A DNA stretch of 64,000 nucleotides, taken from positions 164,139 to 228,138 of the forward strand of contig CAMAXE010000003.1 of NCBI GenBank assembly GCA_945862145.1, given 5' to 3'. The notes beneath the pieces were generated by a model that saw only the letters and a program-made list of their open reading frames with translations, ran no database searches and was not told the DNA's origin. Positions within the stretch are counted from its first letter, which is position 1, and each line of letters opens with the position of its first letter. Below are positions 1-9,492 of the stretch, one piece after another. A program made the position numbers and the translations under genes. The stretch comes from Klebsiella pneumoniae (GTDB lineage Bacteria; Pseudomonadota; Gammaproteobacteria; Pseudomonadales; UBA5518).

Positions 1-228
1 CTGTTGTTCATCGGCGATGGCTCCCCCATAACCTCGATGGCGCATGGAGGAGGAAACAAGTTCCGCGCCTTCGACAAGACGACCGGCGAGGTCGTCTGGG
101 AGACCGAGTTGCCGGCAGGGACCACAGGGGCGCCAATGAGTTATCTGTTCCAGGGCAAGCAGTACATCGTGGTGCCCGTGGGCGACAGGAATATTCCTGC
201 TGAGTGGGTTGCGCTGGGGCTTCCCTGA
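1..228 (+). CDS. PQQ-dependent dehydrogenase, C-terminal fragment (5' part lies outside the window)
   Basis: The frame is open to the window edge. The last ~55 aa (FRAFDKTTGEVVWETELPAGTTGAPMSYLFQGKQYIVVPVG..AEWVALGLP) align almost residue for residue with the C-terminus of the full-length PQQ propeller dehydrogenase at 42730..44802. Confidence 0.8.
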   Translation: MLFIGDGSPITSMAHGGGNKFRAFDKTTGEVVWETELPAGTTGAPMSYLFQGKQYIVVPVGDRNIPAEWVALGLP

Positions 229-393
229 CACGCGCCAGGAGCGAGGACGAGCGGAGCAGACGGGCGACTGCGCGACAGGTGGCGTAGCGTCCGTGATGCG
301 CGACAAATTCTGGATGTCGACCATGAACCACCACTCTGCGATGGCGCATCGATGTGCGCCCACTCGCGTGTGCAACGAGCCACAGGAAGCCGC

Positions 394-1665
394 GTGCAAT
401 CCCCGGAATCCATAGCGTCGCCCGCGCCCGAGGCTGCCCTCGGTCACGTTCGCATATGCGACCTGACCGGCCAGCTGGCCGGTGCCGGCGCGACGAAGGT
501 GCTCGCCGCATTCGGAGCGCAGGTGATCCGTGTAGAGGATCCCGTGCGCCAGGGACGCTGGGACCTCCTGCGCGGCGCGCCGCCATTCGTGGACAGGCGG
601 CGTGGCGTGGATCTCGGTGGCGGATTCAACAATCACAACACCGGCAAGCTCGGCGTCACGATCAACCTGCGGACGCAGCGCGGCAAGGAATTGCTCGCCG
701 AGCTCGTCCGGCGCAGCGACGTCGTCGCGGAAAATTTTGCGGCGGGCGTGATGGGCCGCCTGGGCTTCGGCTGGGACCGCCTGCGCGAGATCCGTCCGGA
801 CATCGTGTACGTCTCGCACTGCGGGTTCGGCCACACGGGTCCGTATGCGGGCTACAAGACCTGGGGGCCGATCGTGCAGGCGTTGTCCGGCCTGACCTTC
901 TCTTCGGGGCTGCCGGACCAGGAGGAGCCTGCAGGTTGGGGCTACTCGTACATGGATCACACGGGCGCCTACTACATGGCGATCGCGATCCTGATGGCGC
1001 TCGTGCACCGTGCGCGCACCGGCGAGGGGCAGTGGGTCGACCTGTCGTGCACGGAGGCCGGCGCTTCGCTGCACGGCCCGGCGATCCTCGATTTCTCGGT
1101 AAACGGTCGCGCCATGCGGCGCGAGGGCTCGCCCGACAGCAACCGCCGGAACTGGCCGGCAATGGCTCCCCACGGGATCTATCCCTCGTTGGGCGAGGAT
1201 CGCTGGATCGCCATCGCCTGCCGGAACGACGCCGACTGGCGCGCCTGCAGTGAGGTCATCGGTCTGCCGTGGACGCGCGAGGGGCGATTCGCGACGCGCG
1301 AGGGACGTATCACCGAGTGCAGTGTGCTCGATGCCCTGCTCGCGGACTGGACGCGCGTACGGGATCCCCACGAGACCGAGCGCCTGCTCGTCGCGGCGGG
1401 CGTGGCCGCATCGGTGGTGAAGAGCCCCGAAGAGCGGATCGAGCACGATGCGAACGTCGCTGCGTGGAATCTGTTCCCGAGGGCCCGGCATCGCGAGATG
1501 GGGGATGTCAGGGTCGATGGCCTCGGTGTGCACCTGTCGAAGAGCGATTGGTCCATCGAGCGCGGCGCGCCCTGCCTGGGCGAGCACAACGAACAGGTGT
1601 TCGGTGAACTGCTCGGGATATCGGCGGAGGAGATCGAAGAATTGCGCGAGACGGGAGTGATCTGA
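394..1665 (+). CDS. Family III (CaiB/BaiF) CoA-transferase, Asp-containing 'alpha-type' subunit
   Basis: ORF 352..1665. N-terminal motif LGHVRICDLTGQLAGAGATKVLAAFGAQVIRVEDP. Candidate catalytic Asp in YMDHTGA, 22 residues before the GEGQWVDLS motif, the same spacing as in Frc, CaiB and MCR. A GTG at 394 is preceded by AGGAAG, and ATG 352 is the alternative start. The stop overlaps the next gene's ATG (ATGA). Confidence 0.88.
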   Translation: MQSPESIASPAPEAALGHVRICDLTGQLAGAGATKVLAAFGAQVIRVEDPVRQGRWDLLRGAPPFVDRRRGVDLGGGFNNHNTGKLGVTINLRTQRGKELLAELVRRSDVVAENFAAGVMGRLGFGWDRLREIRPDIVYVSHCGFGHTGPYAGYKTWGPIVQALSGLTFSSGLPDQEEPAGWGYSYMDHTGAYYMAIAILMALVHRARTGEGQWVDLSCTEAGASLHGPAILDFSVNGRAMRREGSPDSNRRNWPAMAPHGIYPSLGEDRWIAIACRNDADWRACSEVIGLPWTREGRFATREGRITECSVLDALLADWTRVRDPHETERLLVAAGVAASVVKSPEERIEHDANVAAWNLFPRARHREMGDVRVDGLGVHLSKSDWSIERGAPCLGEHNEQVFGELLGISAEEIEELRETGVI

Positions 1666-2900
1666 TGGCGGGGCCGCTGGCGGGATTGCGCGTGATCGAG
1701 CTCGCGCACGAGCGCTGCGCATTCGCGGGCAAGCTGCTGGCAGATGCCGGGGCCGACGTCGTGCTGGTCGAGCCACCCGGCGGCGCCGCGCAGCGATATC
1801 ACGAGCCCTTCGTCGATGACCGGCCCGATCCAGAGCGGAGCCTGTCCTGGTGGCACTACAACACCAGCAAGCGGAGCGTGGTGCTGGATCTCGACACCGA
1901 AGAAGGCCGATCGACGATGACAAGGCTCGTCGCCACAGCCGACATCTTTATCGAGGGTGAGGCCCCGGGGTTCCTCCCGGCCCTGGGGCTGGACTACCCG
2001 GACCTGCTCGAACGGAACCCCGCACTGCTGATGGTGTCGATCACGCCGTTCGGGCGCGCCGCACCGCGCTGCGACGAGCCGGCCACGGACCTGACGCTTG
2101 CGGCCGCCAGCGGCATGACCTGGATGAACGGCTACGACGACCACAGTCTGCCGCCCGTTCGCGGCGGGTGTATGCAGGCGCTGCAAACGGGCGCGCACTA
2201 CGCGGTGATGAGCCTTCTCGCGGCCGTGCTGTACCGGCAGCGTACCGGTCAGGGACAGCACATCGACGTCAACATCCACGCTTGCTGCAACGTGACGACC
2301 GAGTCGGCCACCTACGCCTGGCTGGTATCCGGCGCGACCGTGTGGCGCCAGACCGGGCGCCATGCCGCTGCCTATCCCACGAGTTCGCCGCAGGTGCGCT
2401 GCAGGGACGGTCGTTACGTGAACACCGGCGTGCCGCCGCGCATTCCCAGGGAGTTCGAGAATCTGCGCAACTGGATTCTGGACCTCGGCTTGCAGGACGA
2501 GTTTCCGGAGATCTTCCTGCTCGAATTGGCCATGGAGCGTGACTTCGTCGACCACGGCAAGATCGGCGTCGACGAAGAAGTCACCGCCATCTGCGCAGCG
2601 GCCCGCGACGCCCTGGTGCTGATAGCCTCGCACCTCCCGGCCTACGAGTTCTTTCGCAGCGGCCAGGATCGCGGGTTCACGGTCGGCATCATCTACTCGC
2701 CCGAAGAGGTCATGGACGACCCGCATTTTCGCGCGCGCGGCTTTCCGGTCCACGTCGAGCATCCGGAACTGGGGCGCACGATTACCTATCCAGGTGCGCC
2801 CTACCGGTTCAACGCCAGTCCATGGACGATCTCGCGCCGCGCACCGCGGCTCGGCGAGCACGACGACGAGATTCTCGGACCGCTCGGGCGCAGCGCCTGA
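1665..2900 (+). CDS. Family III CoA-transferase, 'beta-type' subunit lacking the canonical catalytic Asp
   Basis: N-terminus MAGPLAGLRVIELAHERCAFAGKLLADAGADVVLVEPPGG. At the position 22 residues before GQGQHIDVN it has Leu (ALQTGAHY) instead of Asp. Translationally coupled to the upstream CoA-transferase. Confidence 0.88.
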   Translation: MAGPLAGLRVIELAHERCAFAGKLLADAGADVVLVEPPGGAAQRYHEPFVDDRPDPERSLSWWHYNTSKRSVVLDLDTEEGRSTMTRLVATADIFIEGEAPGFLPALGLDYPDLLERNPALLMVSITPFGRAAPRCDEPATDLTLAAASGMTWMNGYDDHSLPPVRGGCMQALQTGAHYAVMSLLAAVLYRQRTGQGQHIDVNIHACCNVTTESATYAWLVSGATVWRQTGRHAAAYPTSSPQVRCRDGRYVNTGVPPRIPREFENLRNWILDLGLQDEFPEIFLLELAMERDFVDHGKIGVDEEVTAICAAARDALVLIASHLPAYEFFRSGQDRGFTVGIIYSPEEVMDDPHFRARGFPVHVEHPELGRTITYPGAPYRFNASPWTISRRAPRLGEHDDEILGPLGRSA

Positions 2901-2935
2901 ACAAGGTCTCCTCATCACCCGGACAGGACTCGAAC

Positions 2936-4363
2936 ATGACAGACAACAAGCGCTTCTTCATCGACGGCCGTTGGGTCGAGGCAACGGGTTGCAGCGAGCG
3001 CGTCGTGGTGGATCCGGCGACCGAGCAGCCGGTCGGTAGCGTGGCGCTGGCCGGGGCGGACCACGTCGATCGTGCGGTCGCCGCTGCCCGGCGCGCTTTC
3101 GAAAGCTACTCGCGCACGTCGCGCGAAGAGCGATTGGCGTTGCTGGATCGCGTCACCGCGTGCTACCAGGTTCGAGGCGCCGATCTCGCCGCGGCATTGA
3201 CGCGCGAGATGGGCGCGCCGAAGTGGCTCGCCGAAGCCATGCACGTGCCACTGACCCCGGTCCAGATCGCGAGCACGCGACAGGTGCTGGAGCGTTTCGA
3301 GTTCGAGGTCGAAAGCGGACGCACGCGGATCCTGAGAGAACCGATCGGTGTGTGCGCATTCATCACCCCGTGGAACTGGCCGCTCAACATGATCGTGGGC
3401 AAGGTCGTACCGGCGCTGGCGGTCGGATGCACGATGGTCCTGAAGCCGTCGGAGCTCGCGCCGAGTTGCGCCACGATTTTCGCGGAGATCCTCGAGGCGG
3501 CCGGCGTCCCGGACGGGGTGTTCAATCTGCTCCACGGCGATGGTCCCGGTGCCGGCGCATTGCTCAGCGCGCATCCCGGCGTGGACATGGTGTCGATCAC
3601 GGGTTCGACCCGCGCGGGAAGCGAGGTCGCGCGCGCGGCGGCAGCCTCGGTCAAGCGTGTCCACCAGGAACTCGGCGGAAAGTCTCCGGCTATCGCACTG
3701 CCATCGGCGGATCTCGCCACGGTGATCTCGGCGGTCATGCCGCTGATCCTGCTGAACTCGGGTCAGTCTTGCGCCGCGCCGAGCCGCCTGCTGGTTCCTG
3801 CCGAACACCTTGACGCGGTTCGCGCTCATGTCCTTGCGGCACTTGCCGCGCACGAAGCGGCGTCGGCCCAGATGCCACTCGGGCCTGTCGTCTCGGCCGC
3901 GCAGTGGGCGCGCATCCAGGGGCTCATCGCGAGCGCGCTCGACGACGGCGCGGAGTTCATCGCCGGCGGGGCGGGTCGCCCCGAGGGCGTCGAACGCGGC
4001 TACTACGTCCGGCCCACGGTGGTCGTTTGCTCGAACCGCACGCGCATCGCGCAGGAAGAGGTCTTCGGGCCGGTCCTGACCGTGGTTCCCTACCGTGATG
4101 TGGAGGACGCGATCGCGATCGCGAACGACACGCCCTACGGTCTTGCCGCGTACGTGTACGGGGATCCCGCCGAGGCGCGCCGCGTGGCCTCTCGCATCCG
4201 CGCGGGCCAGGTCACGCTGAACGGGGCCGCGCCGGACCTCGATGCACCGTTCGGTGGCTACAAGCAATCGGGTAACGGCCGGGAATGGGGAGCGTACGGA
4301 TTCCACGACCTGCTGGAGATCAAGGCGGTCACCACACCCGGAGTCGATGATGCTGCCACGTGA
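2936..4363 (+). CDS. NAD(P)-dependent aldehyde dehydrogenase
   Basis: Internal ATG of ORF 2822..4363 (MTDNKRFFIDGRWVEA). Motifs ITPWNWP, ELGGKSP and the catalytic Cys in NSGQSCAAPSR. Confidence 0.92.
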   Translation: MTDNKRFFIDGRWVEATGCSERVVVDPATEQPVGSVALAGADHVDRAVAAARRAFESYSRTSREERLALLDRVTACYQVRGADLAAALTREMGAPKWLAEAMHVPLTPVQIASTRQVLERFEFEVESGRTRILREPIGVCAFITPWNWPLNMIVGKVVPALAVGCTMVLKPSELAPSCATIFAEILEAAGVPDGVFNLLHGDGPGAGALLSAHPGVDMVSITGSTRAGSEVARAAAASVKRVHQELGGKSPAIALPSADLATVISAVMPLILLNSGQSCAAPSRLLVPAEHLDAVRAHVLAALAAHEAASAQMPLGPVVSAAQWARIQGLIASALDDGAEFIAGGAGRPEGVERGYYVRPTVVVCSNRTRIAQEEVFGPVLTVVPYRDVEDAIAIANDTPYGLAAYVYGDPAEARRVASRIRAGQVTLNGAAPDLDAPFGGYKQSGNGREWGAYGFHDLLEIKAVTTPGVDDAAT

Positions 4364-5525
4364 TTTCACCGATGAACAGGACATGTTCCGCGCGGCTTAC
4401 CGGAAGTTCCTCGCTACCGAGATCGTGCCGCACATGGAGGACTGGCGGCAGGCGGGCATCGTGGATCGCAGCGCCTTCCTCAAGGCGGGCGAGCAGGGAT
4501 ACCTCATGATCTGGCCAGAGGAGGAGTACGGCGGCAGCGGTGACGAGGATTTCCGCTTCGAACAGATCATCATGGAGGAGACCCAGTACGCGCGCGCCGG
4601 CGACTGGTACAACACGCTCCACAGTCGTCTGGTCGGCGCCTATCTGCGGCGCTTCGCGACCGAGGAACAGCGGGCGCGCTTCCTGCCGAAGTGCGTCTCG
4701 GGCGAGACCATTCTTGCGATCGCAATGACCGAGCCCGACGCCGGTTCCGATCTCGCCGGGATGCGCGCGACTGCGGTCGAACAGGAAGATTACTGGGTGC
4801 TGAACGGGGCCAAGACCTACATATCCAACGGGATCAACGCCGACCTGGTCGTGGTCGCTGCAAAGACCGATCCGCAGAACGACGCGCACGCGATGACGCT
4901 GTTCCTGGTCGAGCGCGGCATGCCGGGATTCGAGCGTGGCCGCAACCTGAAGAAGATGGGCCTCAAGGCCCAGGATACGGCCGAGCTCTTCTTCCACGAC
5001 GTCAGGGTGCCCAGGCGCAACGTGCTCGGCGAACCGGGGCGCGGGTTTCACCACCTGATGGAGGCGCTCGGCGAAGAGCGCCTGATCGGTGCCTGCCAGT
5101 ATCTCGCCGCCGGGCAGTTGTCCTTCGACCTCACACTCGACTACGTGAGGCAGCGCAAGGTCTTCGGCAAGCGTCTCGCCGATTTCCAGAACACGCAGTT
5201 CCGCCTCGCGGAGTTGCGCTCCGAGCTCGACATCGCGCAGTGCTTCGTCGATCAGTGCGTACGCGCTTTCAACGCGGGCGCGCTCACGGCCGTGGAAGCG
5301 GCCAAGGCAAAGCTCGTTACGAGCGAACTGCAGATCAAGGCGGCCGACATTGGTGTGCAACTGCACGGCGGCGCGGGCTACATGGACGAGTACCCGATCT
5401 CGCGCCAGTTCACCGATGCGCGCATCGCCACGATCTACGCAGGGAGTTCCGAGATCATGAAACTGATCATCTCCCGGGACGTGCTGGCAAATGACTACGT
5501 GCCGTTCAACGCACGCAACTTCTGA
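4347..5525 (+). CDS. Acyl-CoA dehydrogenase (LCAD/IVD-like; YAGSSEI in place of YEGTxEI)
   Basis: Internal start MMLPRDFTDEQDMFR of ORF 4242..5525. Full-length ACAD fold motifs are present (MTEPDAGSDLAG, GGAGYMDEYPISR). Overlaps the aldehyde dehydrogenase stop by 17 nt. Confidence 0.92.
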   Translation: MMLPRDFTDEQDMFRAAYRKFLATEIVPHMEDWRQAGIVDRSAFLKAGEQGYLMIWPEEEYGGSGDEDFRFEQIIMEETQYARAGDWYNTLHSRLVGAYLRRFATEEQRARFLPKCVSGETILAIAMTEPDAGSDLAGMRATAVEQEDYWVLNGAKTYISNGINADLVVVAAKTDPQNDAHAMTLFLVERGMPGFERGRNLKKMGLKAQDTAELFFHDVRVPRRNVLGEPGRGFHHLMEALGEERLIGACQYLAAGQLSFDLTLDYVRQRKVFGKRLADFQNTQFRLAELRSELDIAQCFVDQCVRAFNAGALTAVEAAKAKLVTSELQIKAADIGVQLHGGAGYMDEYPISRQFTDARIATIYAGSSEIMKLIISRDVLANDYVPFNARNF

Positions 5526-5552
5526 TTCCGAGGCACTGTCCGGGAGGCGCTC

Positions 5553-6680
5553 ATGGGTCCATTGCACGGTCTGCGCGTTATTGAGCTCGAAGGACTTGGG
5601 CCCGCGCCTTTCTGCGGGATGATGCTGGCCGACCTGGGAGCCGAGGTCATCTCGGTCGCACGCGCATCGTCGGCCGCGGCGCGCCCGACGAAAACCAGTG
5701 AACGCGGCAAGCGCAGCATCGCGCTGAACCTCAAGCACGCGGATGGCGTCGAGGCCCTGCTGACCATGTGTGCGGGCGCGGACGTGCTGATCGAGGGATT
5801 CCGTCCCGGCGTGGCCGAGCGGCTGGGCTTCGGTCCCGATGCCTGCCAGGCGCGTAATCCGAGCCTCGTGTACGGTCGCATGACGGGTTGGGGTCAGACC
5901 GGCCCGCTGGCCCATGCCGCCGGGCACGACATCAATTACATCTCGCTATCGGGCGCACTGCACGCAATCGGTCGCGCGGGGGAACGTCCGGTGCCGCCAC
6001 TCAACCTGGTGGGTGATTTCGGCGGTGGCGGCATGTTTCTCGCGTTCGGCGTGATGTGCGCCGTCTACGAGGCGCAGCGTTCCGGCAAGGGGCAGGTCGT
6101 CGACGTCTCTATGGTCGAGGGTGCTGCCGCATTGATGCACATGATGTACGGAATGAAGGCCGAATGTGCGTGGCGCGACGAGCGCGGCAGCAACCTGCTC
6201 GATGGCGGCACGCACTTCTACGACACCTACGAGACGGCGGACGGGAAGTTCGTCTCGATCGGTTCGATCGAGCCGCAGTTCTACCGCCTGCTTCTCGAAC
6301 TGGCCGGCCTCGATCCGGCCGCCTTCGCGCCCCAGCACGATGCCTCCCGATGGGGCGAATTGAAGTCGATCATGGCCGACGTGTTCCGCCGCAAGACGCG
6401 GGCGCAGTGGTGCGCCATCATGGAAGGTACGGATGTGTGCTTTGCACCGGTGCTTTCCCTCGACGAGGCGCCGGGGCATCACCACAACGTGGCGCGCGAA
6501 AGTTTCATCGAGATCGCAGGCGTGGTGCAGGCTGCTCCGGCACCCCGCTTCAGCCGCACGGCGCCCGAAACGCCCGAGCCGCCGCATCCCACCGGCAGCG
6601 ATGCCGATACCGTGCTGCGTCAAGCCGGATACACCGAGGCGCGGATACGGGAACTACGCGAAAACGGAGTCCTGACTTGA
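5553..6680 (+). CDS. Alpha-methylacyl-CoA racemase (family III CoA-transferase fold)
   Basis: MGPLHGLRVIELEGLGPAPFCGMMLADLGAEVI. The AGHDINY ... VGDFGGGG pair has His and Asp 30 residues apart, as His126/Asp156 are in mycobacterial MCR. Confidence 0.85.
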   Translation: MGPLHGLRVIELEGLGPAPFCGMMLADLGAEVISVARASSAAARPTKTSERGKRSIALNLKHADGVEALLTMCAGADVLIEGFRPGVAERLGFGPDACQARNPSLVYGRMTGWGQTGPLAHAAGHDINYISLSGALHAIGRAGERPVPPLNLVGDFGGGGMFLAFGVMCAVYEAQRSGKGQVVDVSMVEGAAALMHMMYGMKAECAWRDERGSNLLDGGTHFYDTYETADGKFVSIGSIEPQFYRLLLELAGLDPAAFAPQHDASRWGELKSIMADVFRRKTRAQWCAIMEGTDVCFAPVLSLDEAPGHHHNVARESFIEIAGVVQAAPAPRFSRTAPETPEPPHPTGSDADTVLRQAGYTEARIRELRENGVLT

Positions 6681-6714
6681 AAGGGCCCGCAATACTGACC
6701 TGGAGGAACCGACA

Positions 6715-7950
6715 ATGAACGAAGCCTGGATCATCGATGCGTGCCGCACTCCGCGCGGAATCGGCAAGGCCGGAAAAGGCGCGCTCTCGGGCATTCATCC
6801 GCAGCAGCTCGGGGCGACGGTGCTGAAGGCTCTCGCGGAGCGCAACGCGCTCGATACGGCGGAGGTCGACGACGTCATCTGGGGCACGAGCTCGCAGCGC
6901 GGCCAGCAGAGCGGCGACCTCGGCCGCATGGCGGCGCTCGATGCGGGCTTCGACGTCCGCTCGAGCGGGGTGACGCTCGATCGTTTCTGCGGATCGGGGA
7001 TCACCGCGGTGAGCTTCGCGGCGGCCTCGATCATGTCGGGATTCGAGGACTGTGTGATCGCGGGCGGAACGGAGATGATGTCGAACTACGGCCGCGACGG
7101 GAACGATCCGTCGGTCTTCATGGACGGCGGCAACACGCGTCTGCGTGCCGTGCACCCGCAGCCCCACCAAGGCGTGTGCGGCGACGCAATCGCGACGCTC
7201 GAGGGCATCGGCCGCGAGGTGCTGGATCAGCTTGCATACACGAGCCAGCAGCGCGCCGCAAAGGCGATCGCCGAGCGCGCGTTCGACAGGAGCGTGGTCC
7301 CGGTGTATCGCGAGGACCGTACGCTCGCGCTTGATCGCGATGAGTTTCCGAGGCCGCAGACCACTCTAGAGGGCTTGTCGAAGCTCAGCCCGGCGTTCGC
7401 AGAGGCCGCGCGCATACCGCTCGACGAGAAGGGCACCACCTATCTCGGACTGATCCACCAGAAGTATCCGGGGCTCGCGGTCGACCATGTGCACCACGCG
7501 GGCAACTCGTCCGGGGTGGTCGACGGCGCGGCGGCGATGCTGCTCGCCTCACCGGCCTATGCGCGCAAGCAGGGCTGGCGCCCGCGCGCGAGGGTGCTCG
7601 CGATGGCCAACATGGGTGACTCGCCCACGCTGATGCTGAATGCGCCGGTACCCGCTGCGCGCAAGGTGCTGCAAAAGGCCGGACTCAGTCTCGATGACAT
7701 CGATCTCTTCGAAGTCAACGAGGCCTTCGCCGTGGTCGCCGAGAAGTTCATTCGCGACCTCGGGATCGATCGCGAGCGTGTCAACGTTAACGGCGGCGCG
7801 ATTGCGCTCGGGCACCCGATCGGCGCGACCGGCGCGATCCTGATCGGCACCGTGCTCGACGAGCTGGAGCGGCGCAACCTCCGGCGCGGACTGGTCACGA
7901 TGTGCGCGGCGGGCGGCATGGCGCCGGCGATCATCATCGAGCGGGTCTGA
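6715..7950 (+). CDS. Thiolase (acetyl-CoA C-acyltransferase)
   Basis: Nucleophile Cys in DRFCGSGITA. C-terminal NGGAIALGHPIGATG and MCAAGGMA motifs. Confidence 0.93.
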   Translation: MNEAWIIDACRTPRGIGKAGKGALSGIHPQQLGATVLKALAERNALDTAEVDDVIWGTSSQRGQQSGDLGRMAALDAGFDVRSSGVTLDRFCGSGITAVSFAAASIMSGFEDCVIAGGTEMMSNYGRDGNDPSVFMDGGNTRLRAVHPQPHQGVCGDAIATLEGIGREVLDQLAYTSQQRAAKAIAERAFDRSVVPVYREDRTLALDRDEFPRPQTTLEGLSKLSPAFAEAARIPLDEKGTTYLGLIHQKYPGLAVDHVHHAGNSSGVVDGAAAMLLASPAYARKQGWRPRARVLAMANMGDSPTLMLNAPVPAARKVLQKAGLSLDDIDLFEVNEAFAVVAEKFIRDLGIDRERVNVNGGAIALGHPIGATGAILIGTVLDELERRNLRRGLVTMCAAGGMAPAIIIERV

Positions 7951-8029
7951 AGCCCGAAGCGCCCACCACTCGGGTGCAGGTCGGCGAGCGATTCAAACGG
8001 CAGAAAGCCTACCCCGGGGAGCGAAGCGC

Positions 8030-8557
8030 ATGCCCGCGATCAGCGACGAGGAAATCGATGGACTGCTTTCCCGTCAGGCCATCCACGACCTGCTGATGGC
8101 GTACGCGCGGGGCGTCGACCGGGCCGACGCGGCGCTGCTCGCGAGCATATTCCACCCGGATGCGACGGTTGTCACGGGCGTGATCGACGGGACCGGCAGC
8201 GATTTCGTGCGCGGCATCGTCGAACACGTGCGGAAGAGGCTCGACCGCTGCTTCCACGCGATCGCCAACCAGTGGATTCAGGTGCGCGGAGATCGTGCCG
8301 TCGGCGAGAGCTACGTGATCGCCATCACGACGGCTGGTGCTCAGGAGGGCATGATCGCGGGACGCTACATCGACGAATTCGAGCGCTGCGACGGGGTCTG
8401 GAAGATACGTAGCCATATCATCGTGATGGACTGGTCCACCACACGGCCGGCGAGTTCCGGAGACGACGGCATGTTCAAGGCCATAAGGACAAGAGGCTCC
8501 TACGGGCGGTCGGATCCCATATACCGGTACTGGCAGGATCCAGACTCCGTGGCCTGA
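8030..8557 (+). CDS. SnoaL-like / NTF2-fold protein
   Basis: 175 aa. N-terminal pattern IHDLLMAYARGVDRADAALLASIFHPDA is typical of SnoaL_4 proteins. Confidence 0.75.
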   Translation: MPAISDEEIDGLLSRQAIHDLLMAYARGVDRADAALLASIFHPDATVVTGVIDGTGSDFVRGIVEHVRKRLDRCFHAIANQWIQVRGDRAVGESYVIAITTAGAQEGMIAGRYIDEFERCDGVWKIRSHIIVMDWSTTRPASSGDDGMFKAIRTRGSYGRSDPIYRYWQDPDSVA

Positions 8558-8564
8558 CGAACAT

Positions 8565-9479
8565 TCACCCGGATCGGCCACCCGGTATCGAGGGCATGCG
8601 GCTGCGGACGAAGGCCCCGATCTCCTCAATCGCGCGTCTGCCTTCCTCCAACTCGTCCGCGAACAGCTGGAACACGTGGATCATCCCGTCCCATACCTCC
8701 AGCGTGACATCCACGCCCGCGGCTCGTGCGCGTTCGGCGAGGCTGCGCGAATCGTCGAGCAGCGATTCGTGGTCGCCGACCTGGATCAGCAGCGGGGGCA
8801 GCCGGCTCAAGTCGGCGTGGAGCGGTGCGACCCGCGGGTCCTGCGGGCCGACCTTGCCCGCGAGATAGATCTCGCGCTGCACGAGAATCTGTCGGCGACG
8901 CACCATGGGATCCACGTGCTTGCGTGATTCGTAGGACGCTCCGGCGCCCTCGAGATCTATCCAGGGGGAGAGCAACACTGCGGCAGCCGGCAGCGGTGTG
9001 CCCTCGCCCTTGAGTGCGAGCAGGGTCGTCGCGGCCAGCCCGCCACCGGCGGAATCGCCCGCGATCGCGATGTGGCGCGGCTCGAAGCCCTGCTCGAGCA
9101 GCCAGTGGTAGGCAGCGGTGGCGTCCTCGATCGCGGCCGGATAGGGGTGCTCGGGCGCCAGCCGGTAATTGATGCCGAGGGCACGACATCCCGCAGCGGC
9201 GGACAGGCGGGCGATGAGGCCTCGGTGAGAGGCGACCGAGCCGAGCACATAGCCGCCGCCGTGCAGATACAGCAGCACGCGCTCCGGCTTGGCTCCGGGT
9301 GCCGCGACCCACTCGGCATCGACGCCCCCGGCGCAGACGCGCTCCCAGCGCGCAGTCTGCAACTGCGTGCCGAACAGGGCGTCCCAGTCGCGGCGCATAA
9401 CCTCGTACGGCGTGCTCGCGTCCCACGCGCTCAACGTCGCGTGCAGTCGCTTCTTCAGCGCATCCATCGGAGTCGTCAT
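8565..9479 (-). CDS. Alpha/beta hydrolase, hormone-sensitive-lipase-family esterase
   Basis: HGGGY oxyanion motif (LYLHGGGYVLGS) and GDSAGG nucleophile elbow. Confidence 0.9.
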   Translation of the reverse strand: MTTPMDALKKRLHATLSAWDASTPYEVMRRDWDALFGTQLQTARWERVCAGGVDAEWVAAPGAKPERVLLYLHGGGYVLGSVASHRGLIARLSAAAGCRALGINYRLAPEHPYPAAIEDATAAYHWLLEQGFEPRHIAIAGDSAGGGLAATTLLALKGEGTPLPAAAVLLSPWIDLEGAGASYESRKHVDPMVRRRQILVQREIYLAGKVGPQDPRVAPLHADLSRLPPLLIQVGDHESLLDDSRSLAERARAAGVDVTLEVWDGMIHVFQLFADELEEGRRAIEEIGAFVRSRMPSIPGGRSG

Positions 9480-9492
9480 CAGACGCCGCCGG

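Noticed and set aside
1179-5927. Long minus-strand ORFs (1179..2918, 2915..4384, 4329..5927)
   Set aside because: All are antisense to plus-strand genes with strong family motifs (CoA-transferase, aldehyde dehydrogenase, ACAD). Their composition is the shadow-frame type.
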